A DNA stretch of 24,681 bases from a virus (lineage: Duplodnaviria > Caudoviricetes), in IMG/VR virus record IMGVR_UViG_3300033067_000130, positions 1 to 24,681 of that record. One strand, given 5' to 3'. Positions 17,903-24,680 of the stretch are shown one piece after another. The translations under genes were made by a program, and so were the position numbers. The notes beneath the pieces were generated by a model. That model had not been told where the DNA came from and searched no databases. It worked only from the letters and a program-made list of their open reading frames with translations. The first letter of the stretch is position 1. Each line of letters starts with the position of its first letter.

Positions 17903-18899
17903 ACCAGGACTCCCTCGCCGTCAGCCAAGCCCAGAATGTGGTCGAGCCCGCCGGGGGCTTGGGCACCGCTGATCCGGCGCTGGCGCTCCAGGTTCTCGTA
18001 CCAGGCGTCGAGGTCTGCCGGATCGGTCACCGGAATCTCATCGGATGCCGACGAGACACTGACCGGCGTGCCGTCACTGCTGCTGACGCCAGGAAGCATC
18101 TGCTCGCGGTAGAGCGAGCCCCACCGCTCGGGGAACAGGTTGAAGCACTGATGCTCAAGCTCGGCCTGCATGTCGTCCAGCTGGGTACGCCGGTCCATGT
18201 AAATCCAGTACTGCAACGCCCACTTCTGGATGGGGTTCAGACTGGGTTTGTTCAGCAGTCCCTGTGCTTGGGCTAGGCGAACCTGGAGTTCCCCCCGATT
18301 CCCTAGCCGTCCAATTTTCCCAGGCGGGTCGCCAACTCCACGAATTCCTTCTCGGCATCCATGACGGCCCGGTAGATGCGGTTGATGACCGTGGGGTACA
18401 TCTGGCCCACCTTGGCAGCCTTCTGCTGGAACAGGGCGTCGTTGTCGGCCTGCTCGTAGATCGTCTGCACCAGCGGCTGGCCGTCGATGCTGCGGATGCC
18501 TGCTGCAGCCACCGCGATCTGGTAGGCCCGCTGCTCGCCCATGGAGCCGACGTACTCCTTGACGTACAGGCCAATGCGCAGGTCGTCGTCGCCGCACAGG
18601 GTCTGCACCACCACGGTGTGGTCGAGGATGTGGGCCACCTTGGTCCGACGCCCGCAGGTCAGCAGCGAGGCGAACATGACCTCTTCCTCGGGGGAAAGCT
18701 CGGAGACTTCCTCGGCCTCGGGCAGCGGATCGCCCACCAGGACGCCGCCTTCTTGGTCTTGGTCTTCCATGGCAGCGAATGCCCCCGCCGGGGGTACGAA
18801 CTCTTCCGGCGGCTGGGGCGGTGCCTGCGGAGCGACGAGTGCGGCGTCGGCCAATCCCACCGGGATCGCCGGTTCGGGTGCGCGGCGGCGTCCGCTCAT
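17899..18899 (-). CDS. Tail assembly chaperone, long -1 frameshift product (about 333 aa)
   Basis: 195 aa to ...RLGK, then the -1 frame IGRLGNRGELQVRLAQAQGLL...GEGVLV (138 aa), ending in an ATGA overlap with the tape measure start. Confidence 0.85.
18271..18321 (-). promoter_or_regulatory. Programmed -1 frameshift: slippery G GGA AAA (18321-18315) plus downstream hairpin (18308-18271)
   Basis: Minus strand reads GGGAAAA-TTGGAC-GGCTAGG GAATC G GGGG GAA CTCC A GGTTC G CCTAGCC. This is an X XXY YYZ heptamer, a 6-nt spacer and a long stem. Confidence 0.88.
18303..18899 (-). CDS. Tail assembly chaperone, short form (198 aa)
   Basis: Lies between tube and tape measure, TGATG coupling, slippery site 4 codons before the stop. 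Confidence 0.88.
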   Translation of the reverse strand: MSGRRRAPEPAIPVGLADAALVAPQAPPQPPEEFVPPAGAFAAMEDQDQEGGVLVGDPLPEAEEVSELSPEEEVMFASLLTCGRRTKVAHILDHTVVVQTLCGDDDLRIGLYVKEYVGSMGEQRAYQIAVAAAGIRSIDGQPLVQTIYEQADNDALFQQKAAKVGQMYPTVINRIYRAVMDAEKEFVELATRLGKLDG

Positions 18900-19231
18900 C
18901 AGCGGTTCCCCCGATTTTCGATCTGCTCACGCTGCTGACGTGCGCTGTCGAGGTGAGGCACTTCTTTGTAGTAGGTGCCCTCATCGAACTTTGCACCGCC
19001 CGACAACTCACCATGGTTCTGGTAGCTGGGCTTATATTCTGGGCAAAGACCCGGCTGGTGCTCAACTTTGCCGTGGCAATGGGGGCACTCGGCGGCAGCG
19101 ATCTTGGTCGGGCCGGACCAGGGCGTCGGAGCCTTGAGCAGATCAGCGACATGCTCAGCTGCCGGGGCAGGGGCGCGCTCGGGCTGGGGAAGCCCGTAGT
19201 AGTCAGACTGGGAAACGATTTCTTGCGGCAT
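18899..19231 (-). CDS. Hypothetical protein with CPHC...H...C putative metal-binding motif (110 aa)
   Basis: Strong SD GGAGGTGG before ATG, TGATG coupling to the chaperone. Confidence 0.8.
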   Translation of the reverse strand: MPQEIVSQSDYYGLPQPERAPAPAAEHVADLLKAPTPWSGPTKIAAAECPHCHGKVEHQPGLCPEYKPSYQNHGELSGGAKFDEGTYYKEVPHLDSARQQREQIENRGNR

Positions 19232-19327
19232 GTTCCACCTCCACTTATTGGTGCGCCAGAAGGGGCTGTTTACACCCCTATAGGGAAAATCAAGTTTTCT
19301 CTGGGCCGACCAAATTTGCAGGTAGAA

Positions 19328-20047
19328 CTACCCAACTGGTTTGCGGAAGCCGTTGTTGATGTGAGCGACCTTCCAGGCGTGGGCGTGCTGCTCGTCGGTA
19401 ACGAGATGGGCGCGGGCCTGAAGCCAGTCGAACAGATCGGATTCCCAGAGGACGTAGCACTTCCAGCCGCGCTGGGCGTAGAACTCCTTGACCCGGCGTT
19501 CCTCGTCGCGGTCGGGATGCCAGTAGGTGCCGAAATACTCGTAGACGCGCTTGTTCGCCTCGTCCACGAAGTCGGGGATGCGCTGGCCCACCCGGCGTCC
19601 TGTGCCGTGCTGGAAGCCCAGAGCGGCCATGTAGGGCACCAGGGCGAGTTCATGCTTGGACGTGCGCTTGCGAGTGCCGTAGTGGCGGTTGCGGCGGCGT
19701 CCTTCAGCCTTGGCCTTGGCGTGATCGGCCTTTCTAGCCTCAGACATGCGACGAGATACCTCGGCTCGTTTCTCGTCAGTCCAGGCCGCTCTAGTGGCAG
19801 CAGTTTTCTCAGCACGGCCCTCGTAGACGCCGGACTCCCACTTCTTCTTGGTGGCCTGTCGCTGAGCCTCTTTGTATTCATCGGTCTGACGGTACGACGG
19901 GTCTTCAGTCTTCTTGGCTTCACGCAAAGCAGCAATCCGACGAGCTTCTTGCTCAGGCGTGCGAGCAGCCGCAGACCTTTTTCCTGCCTCACGCAGCTTC
20001 TGTCGAGTCTCCTCGGTGATGGGTTTCCGAGTGCGCTTCTTTTCCAT
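19328..20047 (-). CDS. Free-standing homing-endonuclease-like protein: NUMOD3-like basic repeats plus Vsr/EDxHD-like nuclease (239 aa)
   Basis: N-terminal KPITEETRQKLREA, RTPEQEARR, WTDEKRAEVSRRMSE. C-terminal SKHE...IPDFVD...VYEYFGTYWH...GWKCYVLWESDL. Confidence 0.82.
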   Translation of the reverse strand: MEKKRTRKPITEETRQKLREAGKRSAAARTPEQEARRIAALREAKKTEDPSYRQTDEYKEAQRQATKKKWESGVYEGRAEKTAATRAAWTDEKRAEVSRRMSEARKADHAKAKAEGRRRNRHYGTRKRTSKHELALVPYMAALGFQHGTGRRVGQRIPDFVDEANKRVYEYFGTYWHPDRDEERRVKEFYAQRGWKCYVLWESDLFDWLQARAHLVTDEQHAHAWKVAHINNGFRKPVG

Positions 20048-20082
20048 CCAGCAAATCTACCCTGGATTAGACTAGCTTTCAA
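20048..20082 (-). promoter_or_regulatory. SigA-type promoter, probably giving a leaderless mRNA for the Vsr-like endonuclease
   Basis: TTGAAA (20082-20077), 17 nt, TAGATT (20059-20054), 6 nt, ATG (20047). No SD before the ATG. Confidence 0.72.
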
Positions 20083-20124
20083 TACTCCTGCTCAGACCCT
20101 GTTTTAAGGTTAAACTGGAGTACT
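20081..20124 (-). terminator. Imperfect stem-loop right after the tail tube stop (terminator or RNA-processing/stability element)
   Basis: AGTACTCC-A-GTTTA-ACCTT-AAAAC-AGGGT-C-TGAGC-A-GGAGTATT pairs over three helices with G-U pairs. No U-tract follows. Confidence 0.45.
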
Positions 20125-20590
20125 ACACCGGCGTGGAGTAACAGTACTGGAACGTCAGGGTGCGGGGGATCGTCATGGTCCCGATGTTGACGTTCTCCCC
20201 CTCGTCCACGTCAGTCACCACCACTGAGTGGTACACCTTGGCCCGCATGATGCCGGACGGGCTCTTGATGACCTTCTGCATGGAGATGGAGCCCAGCGAA
20301 ATTTGCCGCTTGAGGACATCCAGCAAATTGTAAGTGCCCTGCAGACCAGGCAAAGCACTCCATACAGGAAAATTCCAAAGCTCATAGAAAGAGCATCTTA
20401 GGGTACCCACACCTACTGCCATGGCCGTGACAATCTCCAGCGGGACCGACTCGTCAATCGGCTGCACTGCCTGGGCCGATGCCACCGGGGTGGGCGGGGT
20501 GTCCTGCAGCTGCTGTAGGTAGGCCAGCCGCAGGTTCTGGAACAGCATGGTGGTAAACCCACTGCCGCCAATTCGGGTCTTGGATTCCAT
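20123..20590 (-). CDS. Tail tube protein (155 aa)
   Basis: Size, position after the sheath, and gp19-like pattern (QPID...EIV...GTL...YELWN...YHSVVVTDVDEGE...TLTFQY). SD GAGGAGGT. Confidence 0.87.
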   Translation of the reverse strand: MESKTRIGGSGFTTMLFQNLRLAYLQQLQDTPPTPVASAQAVQPIDESVPLEIVTAMAVGVGTLRCSFYELWNFPVWSALPGLQGTYNLLDVLKRQISLGSISMQKVIKSPSGIMRAKVYHSVVVTDVDEGENVNIGTMTIPRTLTFQYCYSTPV

Positions 20591-21153
20591 TAGACGGCCA
20601 CCTCCTCAAGCTCGGAGGGAAGGCCAGCTTCCCTCACCTCGGTGTAAGTGACCACCACCAGGCGATGGCCCAACGTGACGAAACTGTCGATCTTCTTAGC
20701 CGCCTCATCGGTCAGCCAAGCCTTGATTTCCACCCATGTGTCGGAGCCGGGGAGATAGAAGTCGGGCATGTAGGTGGCCCACCCCAGATCGAAGCGGCGT
20801 GGCTCGTATTCCCAGGCCACACCGTGTCGGTCGAGTTTCTCCGCAAACAGAACCTCGGACTGGCTACGCATGTTGATCTGACCGGAAGGGCCGCTGTAGA
20901 CGCACCACTTGTTCTTGAAGTGATTCGTCTTGTCGGCACGCCCCTCTTTGTAGGCCAACAGACCGGCTGCGCTGAGCTTGGCGCGGACCTCGGGGGTGCG
21001 AGGGACACCTTTCTGGTTGCTCCAAGCATTACCAGGGATGGAGCGGCGCAGGCGCATTGCCTCGGACATACGTGCCCGCTGCTCTGGCGTTCGCTTCTGA
21101 CCCCGACGAGCATCGGCTGACCGCCGACGCTGCTCAGGTGTCAAGTTGTCCAT
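20590..21153 (-). CDS. Free-standing homing-endonuclease-like protein: NUMOD3 repeats plus PD-(D/E)xK nuclease (187 aa)
   Basis: GQKRTPEQRARMSEA and KGVPRTPEVRAKLS (NUMOD3). MRSQSE..FAEKLD..GVAWEYEP...YMPDFYLP..DTWVEIK. SD GGGAGGTG. Inserted between sheath and tube. Confidence 0.85.
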   Translation of the reverse strand: MDNLTPEQRRRSADARRGQKRTPEQRARMSEAMRLRRSIPGNAWSNQKGVPRTPEVRAKLSAAGLLAYKEGRADKTNHFKNKWCVYSGPSGQINMRSQSEVLFAEKLDRHGVAWEYEPRRFDLGWATYMPDFYLPGSDTWVEIKAWLTDEAAKKIDSFVTLGHRLVVVTYTEVREAGLPSELEEVAV

Positions 21154-21187
21154 CGGTGGTCACCTCCCTCGGGTCGTTGCTTGAGAC

Positions 21188-22756
21188 TTAGGTCGATTGC
21201 AGGGTGTTGGACGCGCCGCCGAAGTCGTTGATGATCGAACTCGTCGGGATGCCGATTTGGCCGGTCGTCTGGCCTGCGCTGGTGATGTTGGCGATGTTGG
21301 AGCCGGTGCCACTGTTGGAGGTCAGGTTGCCGGTGGAAAGGCTGACCGAGAATGTGACAACGATGTAGTTCAGCGGGAATGCGGGCAGCCAGCTGTAGCT
21401 AACTTCCAGCACGTCGGGATTGGTCGCCAATTGACGCACCTTGAGCCCGGTGTAGTCCACAATTAGACCGTCCCGAATAAGGCTCTGAAGTGCAGCTTCA
21501 GCCGATCCCTTAACGTTAATTAATGTGAAGGGGTAAATGGGCTGACCAATCAAATTATCTGATTCCAGATAATCCCGCAAACGATATACCATTGCATCTT
21601 CTTGACCAATGATCGACCATTCCCGGCTCAGCAAATCGGTCGGGTCGGTGGAAACTCCGTGCCGGACCTGGACGATCTGGCGGCGGGTTTTCTCCACCAC
21701 GCACAGCCCGTTCTGGCTTTCCAGGTTCTTCTGGCCGTCCTGCTCAAACTCGTCCACACCCATCCAGCCGGTGACCGTCTTGCGAGTCAGCGGCATGGCG
21801 AAGGACTGGTGGACGGTGATCCCGGCCAGCGAGGCTGCCATGTACTGCCCACCCAGGATCACCGGCTTGTTCAACTCCGCAGAGAAGTAGTTGAAGGTGC
21901 CGGGGCAGACCAGCATGATGCGCCGGTCGGTCAGTTCCTGGGCGTCGATGATGCGCTGGCTGGAGGACACCGGGGTGGTGGTGCCGTCGAGGCCGACGAT
22001 GGCGCGACGCTCAAAGCGGTTCTCGCTCTCAAAGTCCACATGCTCTTGGATCAGCTGGTGCAGCGGCTGGGCTCCGCTGTCGGCGCAGATGACCGCGATC
22101 AGCGGCTGGTTCTTGAGCTTGTCGAGGGCGTCGCCGTAGTCGCCCACGGTGGCGTTCCCCGGCGTGGTCGAGGACTGCACCGCGCACAGCACCACTTGGT
22201 AGGCACCGTTCAGGAACGCGAATTTCGCCATCAGCGTCAGACCGGAGTTGATCGCCCCGGTCGTGGTGTTGAACGGCTCGCCGTAGGCAGCCCGCACGTC
22301 GTCGTAGTCGTAGAAGATGTACGGCGTGTAGTACGTCGGGTCGGTGTAGTTGTACTTGACCTGGATGTAGTCACCCGGCTGGAGGTGCCCGCCGTCGATT
22401 ACCCGCTTGATGGCGTAGGTGGCGTTGGAGGTGCCGTTGGTGCCGCCGACGTTGACCACGGTGTAGTCGGTCGCCACCACATAGGGCACCCCGGTGTTGG
22501 GGTTGATGACCTGAACCGACGTGGTGTCGATGCCCTGCTGCGCGAGCGTCTGCGTCGCGCTGGGGGTGGTGTCGTTGGTGTCGGGGTTGATCTGCACCGT
22601 CTGGATGAAGCTGCGGTAGCCCTGCGTCTGGCCGATGATGCCGACTGCGGTGGGCTGAGTGCTGTTGACCGCCAGCTGCGGTCCCGGCATCCGCTGCGAG
22701 TAGACGCCCGGTGGAAGGTAGTGCGAGAAGTCGATGATGCTACTGGGCGTTGCCAT
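21188..22756 (-). CDS. Tail sheath protein (522 aa)
   Basis: Start moved to MATPSS at 22756 (SD GGGAGG). YLPPGVYS, AVGIIG, AFLNGA, ERRAIVG, PLTRK, LESQNGLCVVE...VRHGVST, VSYSWLPAFPLNYIVVTF are sheath motifs. Confidence 0.93.
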   Translation of the reverse strand: MATPSSIIDFSHYLPPGVYSQRMPGPQLAVNSTQPTAVGIIGQTQGYRSFIQTVQINPDTNDTTPSATQTLAQQGIDTTSVQVINPNTGVPYVVATDYTVVNVGGTNGTSNATYAIKRVIDGGHLQPGDYIQVKYNYTDPTYYTPYIFYDYDDVRAAYGEPFNTTTGAINSGLTLMAKFAFLNGAYQVVLCAVQSSTTPGNATVGDYGDALDKLKNQPLIAVICADSGAQPLHQLIQEHVDFESENRFERRAIVGLDGTTTPVSSSQRIIDAQELTDRRIMLVCPGTFNYFSAELNKPVILGGQYMAASLAGITVHQSFAMPLTRKTVTGWMGVDEFEQDGQKNLESQNGLCVVEKTRRQIVQVRHGVSTDPTDLLSREWSIIGQEDAMVYRLRDYLESDNLIGQPIYPFTLINVKGSAEAALQSLIRDGLIVDYTGLKVRQLATNPDVLEVSYSWLPAFPLNYIVVTFSVSLSTGNLTSNSGTGSNIANITSAGQTTGQIGIPTSSIINDFGGASNTLQST

Positions 22757-22839
22757 GTCGCCTCCCGGTGCTGCGTATAAACTCAGAGCGCTGCTGGATG
22801 TAACTCTCACTTCTTCTGGCGCGCACAAGGGGAATTCAC

Positions 22840-23334
22840 ATGACTGTCTGGTACGAGATTCCGAATTTCCCCGGCTATAGGATCAGCGTCCTGGGCGAGA
22901 TTCTTGACCTCAAGAGGGAGCCCCCGCGCCCGCTGGAGGTCAGCGTCGATCCCGCGTCCGGCTACGCCCAGGTCTGCCTGGACCGGCGCGGCGAGCCCCA
23001 CGCTCTGCGGGTGCATACCCTGGTAGCCCAGGTCTTTCTCGGAACACCCCCAACGGGGGCAACGGTCATCCACGTCAACGGGAATCGGGCCGACAACCGG
23101 GCCGGGAACCTGCGCTACGACAACCCTGTTCACCATGAATCGGCCCGCACCCACTGCGACGCCGGACACGAGTTCACGCCGGACAACACCATGTGGCGTT
23201 GGGGCAAGGGCGGCAAGGCCGGGGGTGTGCGCTACCGCAAGTGCCGCAAGTGCCACGCCGCCTACATGGCCCGCTATAGGTCGAAGCGCAAAGCTACACC
23301 CAGCGGGGGTCGCGGGGAGGACGGCTCGGGTTAG
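22840..23334 (+). CDS. HNH homing endonuclease (NUMOD4-HNH, I-HmuI-like, C-terminal Cys/His Zn domain; 164 aa), antisense to the operon
   Basis: WYEIPNFPGYRISVLGEI (NUMOD4), VHTLVAQVFLG..P....VIHVNGNRADNRAGNL, THCDAGHEFTPDNT...RKCRKC. SD AAGGGG at 22827-22832. Confidence 0.88.
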   Translation: MTVWYEIPNFPGYRISVLGEILDLKREPPRPLEVSVDPASGYAQVCLDRRGEPHALRVHTLVAQVFLGTPPTGATVIHVNGNRADNRAGNLRYDNPVHHESARTHCDAGHEFTPDNTMWRWGKGGKAGGVRYRKCRKCHAAYMARYRSKRKATPSGGRGEDGSG

Positions 23335-24082
23335 TCGAGTCCTCGGGCGGGATTTCGTCGGTGAGAACGGGCCGATGCCGGACCTCGGCCAGCGAGTACA
23401 CGCCGTCGTAGGAGAACCGCAGGTTGAACTGGCCGTGGCAGCCCACGGAGTAGGTGTCCTCGTAGAGCAGGATGTTCTGCGCCCACGGCGTTCCCGACGT
23501 GACCGTCTGCCCACCGGAGTTGATCTGATCGGTGTTGACCGTCATCGACACATACGGATTCTGGTCGAGGGCGGTGATGAGCCCGCGCATCTGGTTGGCG
23601 TTGGTGCGCGGGTTGTAGATCACCAAGTCCGGCGGGCGGGCGAAGGCCAGCTGGGCGATCACCGTGTCGGCCAGCCGGTCACGGTCCTTGGAGGTCAGCG
23701 CGGCGATGGTCAGGCTGATGTTGCCGTTGAAGCTCCACTCTTGGATGGCTCCCCAGTTGTCGTTGGCGTCCTTCGTCCAGGTTTCCATGGCGAGTCCGGC
23801 GCGGGTGAGGCTGGCGATGGAGAACTGCACCCAGATGCCGGGGTAGCTCGTCGGGTCGGTGGGGTATTCGATGTCGATGTAGAACTTGTTCTCCCCGGCC
23901 CCCAGCGAGGTGTTGCCGAAGCTCTCCCGCAGGCCGGTGATGACCGCACGCTTGACGGCTTCGATCATGCCGCCCTGGCTCCAGGCGCGGGGCAGCGGCT
24001 CGTTCAGCACGGTGGTGGGGTCCGGCAGGGTCACGTCGGAGAAGAACATGTCCGGCCCGTAGGTCAACGGCTCGTCACTCAT
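23294..24082 (-). CDS. Tail terminator/completion-like neck protein (262 aa)
   Basis: Start MSDEPL at 24082 (SD GGAG, ATGA overlap). IDIEYP...YPGIWVQF...ISLTIAALTSKDRDRLAD resembles tail terminators. Last structural gene before the sheath. Confidence 0.72.
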   Translation of the reverse strand: MSDEPLTYGPDMFFSDVTLPDPTTVLNEPLPRAWSQGGMIEAVKRAVITGLRESFGNTSLGAGENKFYIDIEYPTDPTSYPGIWVQFSIASLTRAGLAMETWTKDANDNWGAIQEWSFNGNISLTIAALTSKDRDRLADTVIAQLAFARPPDLVIYNPRTNANQMRGLITALDQNPYVSMTVNTDQINSGGQTVTSGTPWAQNILLYEDTYSVGCHGQFNLRFSYDGVYSLAEVRHRPVLTDEIPPEDSTNPSRPPRDPRWV

Positions 24083-24210
24083 AGGGCACTCCGATACGCC
24101 TCGTTGCAGGGGCCGCACAACTCAGGATGGTCGTGGGTGTCCTTGAAGTCCTCGTCGTCGGGGTCGATGACCTCCCCGCAGGTTTCGCACCGCTGCACCA
24201 CGTAGCTCAC
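24079..24210 (-). CDS. 43-aa C4 zinc-finger microprotein
   Basis: MSYVVQRCETCGEVIDPDDEDFKDTHDHPELCGPCNEAYRSAL*. GTG overlaps the upstream TGA, its TGA overlaps the downstream ATG, high GC3, CxxC-x20-CxxC. Confidence 0.8.
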   Translation of the reverse strand: MSYVVQRCETCGEVIDPDDEDFKDTHDHPELCGPCNEAYRSAL

Positions 24211-24680
24211 TGGAAGTGCCCCCCGAACAGCGACCTGGCGTATGCCTCAATCTCGGGCTTGGCCTCGGCCACCGCCTTGTTCAGCCCGTTGTGCATGAAG
24301 TTGCGGCTCTTGATGCCGGGGTGCTTCCAGCGCTGATCGCGCCAGACCTTGCCGACGTGGGGGATGTCCACATACCCGGCCTCACCGACGTGTCCTCCGC
24401 GCCGGAAGTGCGGGCCGTCGCCCATCTTGCAGCCCAGCGGCAGGGTGCGGTCCTGCACCCACCACATCAGCCAGGGGTGGTTGACGCCGCGCTCTTGGAG
24501 CATCAGGTAGTGGAAGTACTTGGAACTGAGCCGGATACCGACCAGCCCGGTGTCGGTCATGTCCTGCAGCGCCTGGATGGACTTGTCCGACCAGCCCCAG
24601 CCGCTCATCTCCTCGCGGGCATACCTGACTGCCTGCTGGCTGATCTTCTGGCACATCGACTTGGGCAGGGGAACTTTCAT
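24207..24680 (-). CDS. Neck/head-tail connector-like protein (HK97 gp10-like), possibly 5'-truncated by the window edge
   Basis: YLMLQERG...WKHPGIKSRNFMHNGL resembles the Y...E.G...HPG...RPF motif. Located upstream of the terminator-like gene. Confidence 0.6.
   Translation of the reverse strand: MKVPLPKSMCQKISQQAVRYAREEMSGWGWSDKSIQALQDMTDTGLVGIRLSSKYFHYLMLQERGVNHPWLMWWVQDRTLPLGCKMGDGPHFRRGGHVGEAGYVDIPHVGKVWRDQRWKHPGIKSRNFMHNGLNKAVAEAKPEIEAYARSLFGGHFQ

Noticed and set aside
17899-19152. 417-aa ORF as a standalone gene
   Set aside because: Its first ~280 codons overlap two better genes in other frames. Only the last 138 aa are plausible, as the -1 frameshift extension.
19270-20082. 270-aa alternative-frame ORF over the Vsr-like nuclease
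   Set aside because: Low-complexity R/S/P/T product with no motifs. Its TTG start is the -35 box of the nuclease promoter.
19232-21187. Group I introns hosting the two nucleases
   Set aside because: Sheath, tube and the downstream gene are each complete with their own starts and stops, and the spacers (34-96 nt) look too short for a ribozyme core.
7480-24118. Longest-ORF starts in the track (9537, 9677, 10954, 13911, 14698, 22828, 24118)
   Set aside because: Most overlap upstream genes. Downstream starts at 9219, 9638, 10936, 13869, 14638, 22756 and 24082 have SD motifs or stop/start coupling.
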